Assembly (NCBI GenBank): GCA_044224875.1 | Contig: JBGAJQ010000064.1 | Span: 1 to 28,988 of the forward strand | Reading direction: 5' to 3' | Length of the DNA stretch: 28,988 nt | DNA from: Gemmatimonadaceae bacterium | GTDB lineage: Bacteria > Gemmatimonadota > Gemmatimonadetes > Gemmatimonadales > Gemmatimonadaceae | Shown: piece after piece, positions 17,356 to 26,236 of the stretch | Numbering within the stretch: the first letter of the stretch is position 1 | How the letters are laid out: every line of letters begins with the position of its first letter | Made by a program: the position numbers and the translations under genes | The notes under the pieces: generated by a model | Database searches by the model: none | What the model saw: the letters and a program-made list of their open reading frames with translations, nothing else | Told to the model about the DNA's origin: nothing

Positions 17356-18056
17356 ATGCTCAAGGCAGTAGCGACGCCTCTGGCAGCTCAAACACGCTCG
17401 GCGGAGTCATCGCGAGCATGCTCACCGCGCCGGTGCAGGTCGCCGCGGCGCTCGCTGGAACGCTCGGCAAGAATGTGGGTGCCGCCACCTCGGCGGCCAA
17501 TCAGCTGGCGTCTGCGGCCAGTACGTTCGTGCCGAGCGGTTGCGGCTCGTCGATAGGTTTCGGGCTGGCGGCGGATAGTTGCGAGATCCCGCCACCGTGC
17601 TGGGAGCCCCAGCCCGTGGGGACTTGCCGCTTGCAGGTTGCACCCGGCGGTACCGCGAGCATTCGCGTGCATGTGTCGAATTGTGGCTGGACGCGGCAGG
17701 TGGTTCAACTCACCGCCGTGGGGAGGATCGCGGCGCTCATGACGTTCACACCCACCGCGGTCATCGTGGGCCCGCAGGAGCGCGCGAACCTGCTGGTGAC
17801 CATTCATGTGCCGCCGACCGCCCGCGCCGGCGCGTCGGTCACCGGTCCGTTGCTGATTCGTGGTTGTCGCGACCACTTCGCGCGCGTGGAGATCACCGTG
17901 GCCGATTGCGTCACCGGCAACTGCAACTGTTGCGACGTCTCCGTGAACGACTGCGCCGATCAAGTGCATCACTGGTACGATCACTTCTACTGTCCACGCC
18001 CCTGTCACGCCGTACGTCTGATTCCTGCCAACCCACCGGTGAAGACCCGTGGCTGA
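17352..18056 (+). CDS. Hypothetical Cys/His-rich protein with a central Ig-like domain
   Basis: ATGA overlap; 13 Cys; CEIPPPCW and HHWYDHFYCPRPCH motifs. Confidence 0.85.
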   Translation: MNAQGSSDASGSSNTLGGVIASMLTAPVQVAAALAGTLGKNVGAATSAANQLASAASTFVPSGCGSSIGFGLAADSCEIPPPCWEPQPVGTCRLQVAPGGTASIRVHVSNCGWTRQVVQLTAVGRIAALMTFTPTAVIVGPQERANLLVTIHVPPTARAGASVTGPLLIRGCRDHFARVEITVADCVTGNCNCCDVSVNDCADQVHHWYDHFYCPRPCHAVRLIPANPPVKTRG

Positions 18057-18696
18057 CGAATCGCCACTCACCGAGATCGTGCGCCGCGCCGCGCAGGTGA
18101 ATGCCAAGTTCTACAAGGGCTGGATGGACCTGTCGTTCGAGTACATGCGCGGTCTATCGGAGGTGTTCGGTGGCGCGACGAGCGCACTCGGATCCATGGC
18201 CCCCACCCAGGAGATGGATGCGGGAACCGGGACGTTGGTGATGGAAGGCGAGGTGGGCTCCACCGTGAAGGCATCGTTCCTGGTCTCGAACGATCTCGAG
18301 CGCGCCCTATCGTGTCAGTTTGTCGGCTCGACGTTCACCGATCCGTCGGGGGCGTCGATTTCCGCGCAGATGGCGTTCGAGCCGGCGTCGCTCAAACTAG
18401 CCGCCGGAGAACAGAAGGTGGTGGCAGTCTCGGTAAAGGTGGACGAGCGGCTCGCGCCGGGCGTTGGCTATGCGGGCGAGATTGCGGTGAGTGGCATGGA
18501 CGGGTTTGCGGTGCCGGTGGTATTGCGACGCCTAACGACGATTGACGAGAACGCGCCTGATGAACCGGTGGCGGAACTCAGCGACACCGTGTTCGACCGG
18601 CCGGCCGGGGGCAGGGCGAGTGTTGACGCGAGGGCGTCGACTGGGTCGCAAGGGGCGGGCCGCAGGAAGTCTGCGCGGAAGCGGCGGGCCAAGTAG
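18049..18696 (+). CDS. Hypothetical protein: amphipathic N-terminal helix, Ig-like domain, basic tail
   Basis: GTG start overlaps the previous gene by 8 nt; FEPASLKLAAGEQKVVAVSV..LAPGVGYAGEI. Confidence 0.85.
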   Translation: MADESPLTEIVRRAAQVNAKFYKGWMDLSFEYMRGLSEVFGGATSALGSMAPTQEMDAGTGTLVMEGEVGSTVKASFLVSNDLERALSCQFVGSTFTDPSGASISAQMAFEPASLKLAAGEQKVVAVSVKVDERLAPGVGYAGEIAVSGMDGFAVPVVLRRLTTIDENAPDEPVAELSDTVFDRPAGGRASVDARASTGSQGAGRRKSARKRRAK

Positions 18697-18743
18697 CGAG
18701 CGGATTAGGCCTCAACAAGTAGGCCGCGACCGACCCCACCGTC

Positions 18744-18783
18744 GCGCGGGCGGGGCACCTGCAGAATGGGCCCCCGCCTGCGC
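18744..18783. terminator. GC-rich stem-loop between convergent genes
   Basis: GCGCGGGCGGGG ... CCCCGCCTGCGC (one G-U pair); no U-tract. Confidence 0.4.
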
Positions 18784-18800
18784 CATCACCTGAGGCGCCG

Positions 18801-19931
18801 TTAGGCGCCCCACGCCTTCTCGTACACGCGTAGCCAGTTCTCGCCCAGCACCTTGCGCACATCCGCAGGACTCCACCCGCGGTCGAGCAGCCCTTGGGTC
18901 ACATTGGGCAGCTCAACCACCGTCTCGAACCCCCGCACCATGTTCCATGGCTGGTCGCTGTACACGTCCGCCGGCCAACGTTCGCGATCCATCCCGATCG
19001 CATCCAGGTCCACGCGCCCCGTCATGAAGTCCGGCCCAAGTCCAATGTGATCGACACCCACCAGCTGCTTCAGGTGGTCGAAGTGCTGCATCAGCTTGTC
19101 GAGCGTCGCCTGCGGTGACCGCTGCACGCTGGCGTCCTTCCGGCTTCTCATATGAAAGTCGCTCACCGACGTCAGCCCCACGACACCTCCGGTCTTTGCA
19201 ATCGCCTCGATCAGCCGATCGGTGGCATTGCGTGGGTTGTCCATCAGTGCCCTGGCATTCGTGTGCGAGCAGATCACGGGCACACCCTTCGACACCTCCA
19301 GCGCATCAAAGGACGTGCGCTCGCCCGTGTGGCCACCCACGTCGAGGAGAATGCGCTGCGCGTGGACGGCCTCGACGTACTTGTGGCCGAGGCGAGTCAG
19401 CGGCGCATCGGGGTCCAGACAGCCGCCCCCGAAGATGTTGGAGTTGTTGTAGGCAATACTGGCGATGCGAAGTCCGAGCTGACGGTAGGCGCGAAGGTTG
19501 TCCAGTGGACCGAAGCCGTTCGCGTCATAGATCAAGGGATCGGCCATCTGCCATCCCGACACGTGGGCGATCCTCCGCTGCTCGCGCGCCTGTCTGATCT
19601 CGCGCACCGTCCCCGCCTGCACGATGGACTGCGGATGCTTGTCCAGGAACGCCAGCAGCGCCGCAAACGAGGCCAGCCCGCCAACGCTCTGGTGCCAGCA
19701 GTCCACACCGCCCGACCTGAGCATCTCGAGATACTTGGCGGTCGGCGCCGCGCCATCGAGGCCGTCGACCACAACCGTCGAGCGCTGCACCTCGCGCGCC
19801 TGCTTGACCTTGGCCTCATCGACGCCAGTCGCACTGGGCGTGGCCACGGCTTGCTGGGCCCACAGTGCGCGCGATGCCTGGGCAGCCGCGGCGGCGGATA
19901 CGGTGGCAAGCAGCCATTCACGTCGTTTCAT
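18801..19931 (-). CDS. Membrane dipeptidase (M19, amidohydrolase fold) family protein with Tat signal
   Basis: MKRREWL twin-Arg signal ending ALWA; SIAYN, ICSHTNARAL..NPRN..D, GGVVG, GVDHIGLGPDF, KVLGENWLRV. Confidence 0.9.
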   Translation of the reverse strand: MKRREWLLATVSAAAAAQASRALWAQQAVATPSATGVDEAKVKQAREVQRSTVVVDGLDGAAPTAKYLEMLRSGGVDCWHQSVGGLASFAALLAFLDKHPQSIVQAGTVREIRQAREQRRIAHVSGWQMADPLIYDANGFGPLDNLRAYRQLGLRIASIAYNNSNIFGGGCLDPDAPLTRLGHKYVEAVHAQRILLDVGGHTGERTSFDALEVSKGVPVICSHTNARALMDNPRNATDRLIEAIAKTGGVVGLTSVSDFHMRSRKDASVQRSPQATLDKLMQHFDHLKQLVGVDHIGLGPDFMTGRVDLDAIGMDRERWPADVYSDQPWNMVRGFETVVELPNVTQGLLDRGWSPADVRKVLGENWLRVYEKAWGA

Positions 19932-20016
19932 GATCCTCTCCCTCGATGGAGTTCGTACCGCTACGGTGAAGGTCCAGCAGTCGATGTGGCGTTAGGCACG
20001 CGCCCCGGGACACATG

Positions 20017-20913
20017 TCAAATTGTTGGCAGTACTGACCGGACGTGCTTGGCGAAGGCACTGACGAGCGGTGGCGGCCTGTTGCTGTCGAGCTTGAGCAC
20101 GATGCCCACGCTCGGCAGCGGGGGAAGGCCGCGATCCGCCGGCACGATCTCCAGGTCGGACGGGACTGCGGTCTGCGTCAGGACGGCGATGGCCTGGCCC
20201 GAGCGGACCACCGCCGTAAGCCCGGCCACGCTGCCGCTGGCATAGGCCACGCGGTACGATCGGCCAGCCTTGTCGAGGCTCTCCCGCGCCGCCCGGTGGT
20301 CGAGCGTGTCGGGATCACCTAACGCCAGCCGCAGTGGGGTGCGATCCACCGCATCGGAACCCCTTCCGCTCACCCACACGAACGGCTCGCGCCGAATGAT
20401 CGTCTCTCGCTTTTCACCTTCGGGATACGACGTGAGCGCCAGGTCCAACGCGTGGATCTTGAGGCGCTCGAGCAATCGAGGGGTGGATGCGCAGTACACT
20501 TCCACAAGTACCTGCGGATGCCGGCGGGCAAAGCCGCGCAGCAGGTACGGCAGGAACACCACCGCGTAGTCGTCCGGGCAGCCGAACCGGATCGTCCCCG
20601 TGAGGCCCTCGCCGGACATCTCGGCCAACGCCTCGTCGTGATGGCGCAGGATGGACTGCGCATGCGTCAACAGACGCTCGCCGCGCGGCGTCAGCACCAC
20701 GCCGCGCCCGGTGCGGGTCAGCAGCGGGTGGCCAACGATTTCCTCCAGCCGTTTGACCTGCATGCTGACCGCGGCCTGGGTCCTGCCCACACGCTCGGCG
20801 GCGCGACTCATCGCGTGGCTCTCGGCGATGATGACGAAGGTCCGGAGCAGGTCGATGTCGAACTGACGGGTGGCGATGCGAACCTCCTGGTAATACGTGC
20901 TGCGGGATTCCAC
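20017..20913 (-). CDS. LysR-family transcriptional regulator
   Basis: FDIDLLRTF..IAE..AMSRAAERVGRTQAAVSMQVKRLEE helix-turn-helix; GTIRFGCPDDY. True start may be 20877 (see findings). Confidence 0.95.
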   Translation of the reverse strand: MESRSTYYQEVRIATRQFDIDLLRTFVIIAESHAMSRAAERVGRTQAAVSMQVKRLEEIVGHPLLTRTGRGVVLTPRGERLLTHAQSILRHHDEALAEMSGEGLTGTIRFGCPDDYAVVFLPYLLRGFARRHPQVLVEVYCASTPRLLERLKIHALDLALTSYPEGEKRETIIRREPFVWVSGRGSDAVDRTPLRLALGDPDTLDHRAARESLDKAGRSYRVAYASGSVAGLTAVVRSGQAIAVLTQTAVPSDLEIVPADRGLPPLPSVGIVLKLDSNRPPPLVSAFAKHVRSVLPTI

Positions 20914-20968
20914 TTCGGCGGGGCCTCACGCGGGTTACTCGCGGCTCAATGAGCGGCCTCGTACCTGA

Positions 20969-22882
20969 CTACTTCACCATTGGCAACCAGACTGCGGTAG
21001 GCTGATCCTTGCTGCGAAGGATCGTGATGTCCGCCTTGCGATAGTCCGTGGGCTTGGCAAAGAAGATGTTAGGCACGTACGTCTGGGGATTCCGGTCATA
21101 CAACGGGAAGAGCGTGGACTGGATCTGCACCATCACGCGATGGCCGGGCTGGAACACATGGTTGACGTTGGGCAGGTCGAAGCGATACCGCTGGGCGGTA
21201 TTGGAGGGAATGGCGGTTGGATGCGCAAAGCTCTCGCGGTAACGGCCGCGGAAGATGTCCATGGCGATCGGCAGCTCATACCCACCGATCCGTGGATCAC
21301 CCGGCACCTGAGCCGGGAAGACGTCGATCAGCTTCACCACAAAGTCCCCGTCGCTCCCGGTCGTCATCGCTCGAATGTCGGCCACGGGAATGCCCTGCAC
21401 ACGGACCGGTTCGGTCAGCACCGCCGTCTCGTACACCAACACGTCGGGACGGCCATCGACGAATCGCTGGTCGGTCACGAGCCACCGACTCCATGGCTCG
21501 TAGGAATCTCCCAAGGCCGCCGATGTCATGCTGCCGAAGGGATCGACCACCGGTCGGGGAAGAAACGGCACCGGCTTGGCAGGATCGCTGGTGTACACGT
21601 CGCCGCCGACAGGACCCGTTGGCGGCTCGAACGACAATGTGAAGTTGGCGCTCGCATACAGCGGCGTTAGGCGATTGGTACAACCGTGATCGCACACGGT
21701 CGGCCAGCTGTCGAAGCGTTCCCACCGGTCTTCGCCGGTGTTGTAGACCGTGACGGGCGCCAGCTTGGCCGGCGGACCATCGCGCAGATGCTCGTCGAAG
21801 AACGGGAGCAGCATGGTGCGCCGATAGTCCTTCGCCGTGTTGCTGGTCCAGCGATACGGCCCAAGCGCGGAACCGTCACCGTTCACCTGGATGTGATTCC
21901 ATGGACCGAGAACGAGCCAGTTGTTGGCCTGAAGCCCGGCCGCCTTGAGTGCCAGCCACGCGTGGTTTGCGCCCCACATGTCTTCCTGGTCCCAGAGTCC
22001 CTGCGTCCACAGCGTCGGCACGACATTGGCGCGACGGGCGACGAGAAACTGCTCGAGTCCCTGGCCTTGCCAGTATTCATCGTACGCTGGATGCGCCAAC
22101 GTCCGCACGATCCACGGCAACTGCTCCAGGTCGTGGGCGCGCACGTAGTCGCCGGTCGAGCCGGCGCGCAGCAGCTCATCGTATTTGTCGTAGCTGTCGC
22201 TGGGCGTGACGGTACCCGCTCCACGCTGACCGGTCTGCATTTGGATGTAGCCGATCATGAGATTGCGAAAGGCCCCGTAGTGGAACCAGTCGTCTCCCAT
22301 CCAGGCATCGATCACCGGGCCTTGTGGGACGGCGGCCTTCAGCGCCGGATGTGGCTCGAGCAGCGCCATCACCACGGTGAAGCCGTTGTACGACGACCCG
22401 ATCGTGCCCACTCGCCCGTTCGACTCTGGGGTGTTCTTCACCAGCCAGTCGATGGTGTCCCACGCATCGGTGGAGTGATCGGTCGCCGTCGGATTCAACG
22501 GCCCGCGCACGGGACGCGTCATCACGTAGTCGCCCTCGGACCCGTACTTGCCGCGAACGTCCTGGTCCGCACGGATGTAGCCGGCCTGAAACAGGAAGTC
22601 GCCGCGCGCCCCCGCCTGATATGGCGTGCGCGACAACACGATCGGCGCGTTCCGGGCGCCCTTGGGGATCAGGATGTACGTCTTGAGCTTCACCCCGTCG
22701 CGCATCGGGATCATCGCCACGCGCAGCACATAGGGCTGCTGGAGAACCTTGCTCGCGAACTCCCTGGGAACGTCACTTGTTGGCTGCTTCTGTTGGGCAC
22801 CCGCTGGGCCGACGGCCGTTACTATGCTGATGGCCGAAGCGGTTATAACGCGAAGGGTGAACAATTTGCTCGGCCGGCTCAT
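20969..22882 (-). CDS. CocE/NonD family hydrolase (alpha-amino acid ester hydrolase-like, S15), secreted
   Basis: Signal peptide; IPMRDGVKL, RTPY, QDVRGKYGSEG, GSSYNG nucleophile elbow, WMGDDWFHYGAFR, WDQED, GPWNH. Confidence 0.93.
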   Translation of the reverse strand: MSRPSKLFTLRVITASAISIVTAVGPAGAQQKQPTSDVPREFASKVLQQPYVLRVAMIPMRDGVKLKTYILIPKGARNAPIVLSRTPYQAGARGDFLFQAGYIRADQDVRGKYGSEGDYVMTRPVRGPLNPTATDHSTDAWDTIDWLVKNTPESNGRVGTIGSSYNGFTVVMALLEPHPALKAAVPQGPVIDAWMGDDWFHYGAFRNLMIGYIQMQTGQRGAGTVTPSDSYDKYDELLRAGSTGDYVRAHDLEQLPWIVRTLAHPAYDEYWQGQGLEQFLVARRANVVPTLWTQGLWDQEDMWGANHAWLALKAAGLQANNWLVLGPWNHIQVNGDGSALGPYRWTSNTAKDYRRTMLLPFFDEHLRDGPPAKLAPVTVYNTGEDRWERFDSWPTVCDHGCTNRLTPLYASANFTLSFEPPTGPVGGDVYTSDPAKPVPFLPRPVVDPFGSMTSAALGDSYEPWSRWLVTDQRFVDGRPDVLVYETAVLTEPVRVQGIPVADIRAMTTGSDGDFVVKLIDVFPAQVPGDPRIGGYELPIAMDIFRGRYRESFAHPTAIPSNTAQRYRFDLPNVNHVFQPGHRVMVQIQSTLFPLYDRNPQTYVPNIFFAKPTDYRKADITILRSKDQPTAVWLPMVK

Positions 22883-22931
22883 AACGCCTCGTTGATCGCG
22901 TGACCAGTCATCGACAACCTAACGAACGACC

Positions 22932-23870
22932 TCAGGCCTTCAGCAGCGCATCGACCGCTTCATATGGATCAACGGTCTTATCCACAACTCGCAGTACCAC
23001 GTCGTCCAACCGCTGCGCATCCACACGCGCCGCCAACTCGCGAAGCACGCGTTCCTGCATGAGGGCCTGCACCTCACTCCGCATCCCCTCGGCGTGCCTG
23101 CGGCGCGCCTCTCCGCTCTCCTCGGCCCACGTCCGATGCGCACCAATCGCGGCGATGAGGTCTTCGATGCCGGTGCCGACGGTCGCCGAGGTCTTCACCA
23201 CCGGTGTCTTCCAGGCCAGGCGCGGCGCGCCGAGTGTCAGCATTTGCACCAGGTCTTTCGCCGTCTCGTCCGCCCCCGGACGATCGGCCTTGTTCACCAC
23301 GAGCACGTCGGCGATCTCCATGATTCCGGCCTTGATCGCCTGGATGTCGTCGCCGGCTCCGGGGATCGTAAGCAGGCACACCGTATCGACCACGCGGGAT
23401 ACCTCGATCTCCTGCTGGCCAACGCCGACAGTTTCAACAAGCACAACGTCGAATCCCAAGGCATCGAGCACGCGTACCACGCGTCGCGTGGCGCGCGCAA
23501 GCCCGCCGACATTCCCACGGTTCGCCATGCTGCGAATGAACACGCCGTCGTCCAGGTAGCGGTCGCGCATGCGGATGCGATCGCCCAGAATGGCGCCTCC
23601 GGTGTAGGGGCTGGAGGGGTCCACGGCCACGACAGCGACGCGCGCAAACGTCTGGCGGTATGCGGCCGTCATGGCCGACACCAGCGTGCTCTTGCCTGTA
23701 CCCGGCGCGCCGGTGAACCCGACCACGATTGCCCGCCCCGTATGCGCGTGCGTAGCCCGAACGACGTCGACGGCCTCTGGCTCGTCGTTCTCGACGATCG
23801 ACAACAGCCTCGCTGTGAACGCCCTGTTGCCCTGCCGCGCCCCCGCCAGCAGCAACGCGACGTCGCTCAT
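22932..23870 (-). CDS. meaB: MeaB/ArgK G-protein chaperone of B12-dependent acyl-CoA mutase
   Basis: GFTGAPGTGKST, AVDPSSPYTGGAILGDRIRM, ETVGVGQ, GDDIQAIKAGIMEIAD, VNKAD. Start ATG 23870 (ATGA overlap). Confidence 0.95.
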   Translation of the reverse strand: MSDVALLLAGARQGNRAFTARLLSIVENDEPEAVDVVRATHAHTGRAIVVGFTGAPGTGKSTLVSAMTAAYRQTFARVAVVAVDPSSPYTGGAILGDRIRMRDRYLDDGVFIRSMANRGNVGGLARATRRVVRVLDALGFDVVLVETVGVGQQEIEVSRVVDTVCLLTIPGAGDDIQAIKAGIMEIADVLVVNKADRPGADETAKDLVQMLTLGAPRLAWKTPVVKTSATVGTGIEDLIAAIGAHRTWAEESGEARRRHAEGMRSEVQALMQERVLRELAARVDAQRLDDVVLRVVDKTVDPYEAVDALLKA

Positions 23871-24274
23871 CGCGGCGATGCCCCCGCCCCACCACGCTGC
23901 TTGTCCAAGGGCACCACAGCCACCACCGTCGCCTTGACGGTGAGGATCGGATCGGTGAGGACCCTTGCCGCCGACTCGTTCGGGTCGATCAGCTCGATCA
24001 CCTTGTGCGCGGTGCACTCCACGGTACGCGACGACTTGCCGATCGACACGAGCTTCGCCCGTACCTCGAGATAGTCCCCGACGTGCACGGGAGCGAGGAA
24101 TTCCGTCGACATCACGCGCGAGAGCCCCTCATCGCCGTCATGGCGAATGAGCACCTCGGTCACCGCGTCGCCGAACAGGCCGAGGACATGGGCACCGGCA
24201 ACAAGGCCTCCGCCGTAGTGGCCGTCGGCGGTCGACAAGCGCAACCGAATGAGACTTTCGATCTGGTCAGCCAT
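23867..24274 (-). CDS. kal: Hotdog-fold protein, 3-aminobutyryl-CoA ammonia-lyase (Kal)-like
   Basis: SLIRLRLS..DGHYGGGLV.GA..L.LFGD..TE.LI.HDGDEGL...EFLAPV..GDYLE...SAA.VL..PI...VVP.DKQR follows the Kal pattern over its whole length. Start ATG 24274. Confidence 0.85.
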   Translation of the reverse strand: MADQIESLIRLRLSTADGHYGGGLVAGAHVLGLFGDAVTEVLIRHDGDEGLSRVMSTEFLAPVHVGDYLEVRAKLVSIGKSSRTVECTAHKVIELIDPNESAARVLTDPILTVKATVVAVVPLDKQRGGAGASPR

Positions 24275-24279
24275 TTGGT

Positions 24280-25818
24280 TTACCGTTGAGGGAGGGCCCG
24301 CTCGCGCAAGACCCGCCGCGCAATCTTGCCGATTCCGGTCCGGGGCATTTCCGGCACGATGTGAATCACCTTGGGGCACTTGTACCCCGTTAGGCGCTCG
24401 TGACAGAACGACAGCAGGTCGTCCTCGACGATTGAATTCCCCGCCGTCAGCGTCACGAAGGCATGCACCGCCTCACCCCAGCGCTCATCGGGCATTCCCA
24501 CCACCGCCGCGTCGCTCACCTGTGGATGCTCCATGAGGACGTCCTCGATCTCCGATGGGATCACCGTGATGCCCCCGGTCTTGATCATCTCCTTGATGCG
24601 TCCGTCGAGCGTCAGGAACCCTTCGTCGTCGAAACGGCCAAGGTCACCGGTGCGCAGCGCATCGCCGTGCATGACGCGCGCCGTGGCCGCGGGGTCCTGC
24701 CAGTAGCCGGCGAAAAGTGTTGGACTCTTCGCCACGATCTCGCCAGTCTCGTCCGGCCCGACCTGCGCACCATCCACCGTGCGAAGGTGTAGCTCGGCGC
24801 CGATCATTGGTCGTCCCACCGAGCCGATCTTTCGCAGCTGATCGGAGGGACCGAGTACCGTCAGGCACAGCTGTTCGATCATCCCGTAGAACTGCACGAA
24901 ATCCACGTGTGGCATCCGATCGATCAGTGCGGCAATCAACGCCGGCGGCATCTGCTCCGAGGCATAGGAGATCATGCGGAGCGATGGCGGGATGTGCGCT
25001 GGGGCGACCTCCAGCAACCGGCGGAGCGTCGTCGGCACCGCGTCGAAGTGCGTCACGTCAAGGGTGGCCGCGGCCTCCCACACCGCCGTCGGGTTGAACT
25101 GCGGCAGGATGACGTGCGTGGCTGCCACCAAGGTCAACGGAATCAAATGCTCCATGCATGACGAGAAGAGCGGCAGGAAATGCAGCGTGCGCTCACCATC
25201 GCGCAGCGCCAGCTCGCGACACATGATCTCTGCCGCGGCCACCATGCTGCCATGCGTGTGCACCGCGCCCTTCGAACGTCCCGTGGAGCCCGACGTGAAG
25301 AAGATCACGGCCGGATCGCTTGAGACTACGGGTTGCGGTGTCGTCAGCGCCGTCGCCTGCGCCAACAGTCGCGCATACCCCGTCACCGCCTGCTCGTCGT
25401 CGAGGAACAGCACGCGCAGAACGCCCGCTGCGGCGATGTCGTCACCGTGCGCGGCGATCAATTCGGCCTGCGGGCCACCGACGATCAGGACCTTCGGGCG
25501 GAGCTGCTCCAGCGCGACGAACGCGTCGTGCCAGCTCCACCAGTGGTCGAGCGGCGCCGCAATCGCACCGAGCATCGGCACGCCGAACAGGAATTCCAGG
25601 AACTCTGCTCGGTTCGCCGCCCAGAACGCCACACGATCACCGCGTTGTACGCCAAGGGAGGTCAGCGCTCCCGCCAAGCGGCGGGCCCGCTCATCGACCT
25701 CCGCGTACGTGAAAGTAATGCCGCCGAAAATCACCGCGTCACGCTTCGGGTGCGCCTGTGCCGCGCGCGAAAGCAGCGCGTCTAGTCGCTTCGGCCCTGC
25801 GCTCTCCACCGTCGTCAT
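24280..25818 (-). CDS. AMP-dependent acyl-CoA synthetase/ligase (ANL superfamily)
   Basis: FTSGSTGRSKG, YGMIE, RTGDLG, GRIKEMIKTGG, DERWGE, PRTGIGKI; ATGA overlap with the small subunit. Confidence 0.93.
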   Translation of the reverse strand: MTTVESAGPKRLDALLSRAAQAHPKRDAVIFGGITFTYAEVDERARRLAGALTSLGVQRGDRVAFWAANRAEFLEFLFGVPMLGAIAAPLDHWWSWHDAFVALEQLRPKVLIVGGPQAELIAAHGDDIAAAGVLRVLFLDDEQAVTGYARLLAQATALTTPQPVVSSDPAVIFFTSGSTGRSKGAVHTHGSMVAAAEIMCRELALRDGERTLHFLPLFSSCMEHLIPLTLVAATHVILPQFNPTAVWEAAATLDVTHFDAVPTTLRRLLEVAPAHIPPSLRMISYASEQMPPALIAALIDRMPHVDFVQFYGMIEQLCLTVLGPSDQLRKIGSVGRPMIGAELHLRTVDGAQVGPDETGEIVAKSPTLFAGYWQDPAATARVMHGDALRTGDLGRFDDEGFLTLDGRIKEMIKTGGITVIPSEIEDVLMEHPQVSDAAVVGMPDERWGEAVHAFVTLTAGNSIVEDDLLSFCHERLTGYKCPKVIHIVPEMPRTGIGKIARRVLRERALPQR

Positions 25819-26213
25819 CGGGTGGCGTGCCAGGTCCGCACGTACTCGACGATCGTCGACGTCGGCGTGCCGGGCCCGAACACCTCGGCGACGCCTAACG
25901 CCTTGACCTTTGGTACGTCGGGCGGTGGCACGATCCCACCCATGACCACGAGGACCTCCTTGGCCGCCTGCTCGCGCAGGGCACGGCAGATCTCCTCGGC
26001 GAAGTGCAGGTGCGCCCCGGACAGGATACTGAGGCCGAGTACGTCGGCGTCTTCTTCGACCACGGTGCGGGTGATCATCTCCGTGGTCTGGAAGATCCCG
26101 GTGTAGATGACTTCCATCCCCGCGTCACGGAACGCGCGGGCGATGATCTTGGCTCCGCGATCGTGCCCATCGAGTCCCGGCTTTGCCACGACGACTCGTA
26201 AGTGCTGCCCCAT
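25815..26213 (-). CDS. Cobalamin-binding small subunit of acyl-CoA mutase
   Basis: KPGLDGHDRG (DxHxxG), GLSILSGAH, GGIVP, FGPGT; RBS GGAGG. Confidence 0.96.
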   Translation of the reverse strand: MGQHLRVVVAKPGLDGHDRGAKIIARAFRDAGMEVIYTGIFQTTEMITRTVVEEDADVLGLSILSGAHLHFAEEICRALREQAAKEVLVVMGGIVPPPDVPKVKALGVAEVFGPGTPTSTIVEYVRTWHATR

Positions 26214-26236
26214 GTCGGTCTGTTCCTCCTGCGCCG

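Noticed and set aside
21686..26106. Long plus-strand ORFs (405, 326 and 310 aa)
   Set aside because: Antisense shadows of well-supported minus-strand genes, typical of high-GC DNA.
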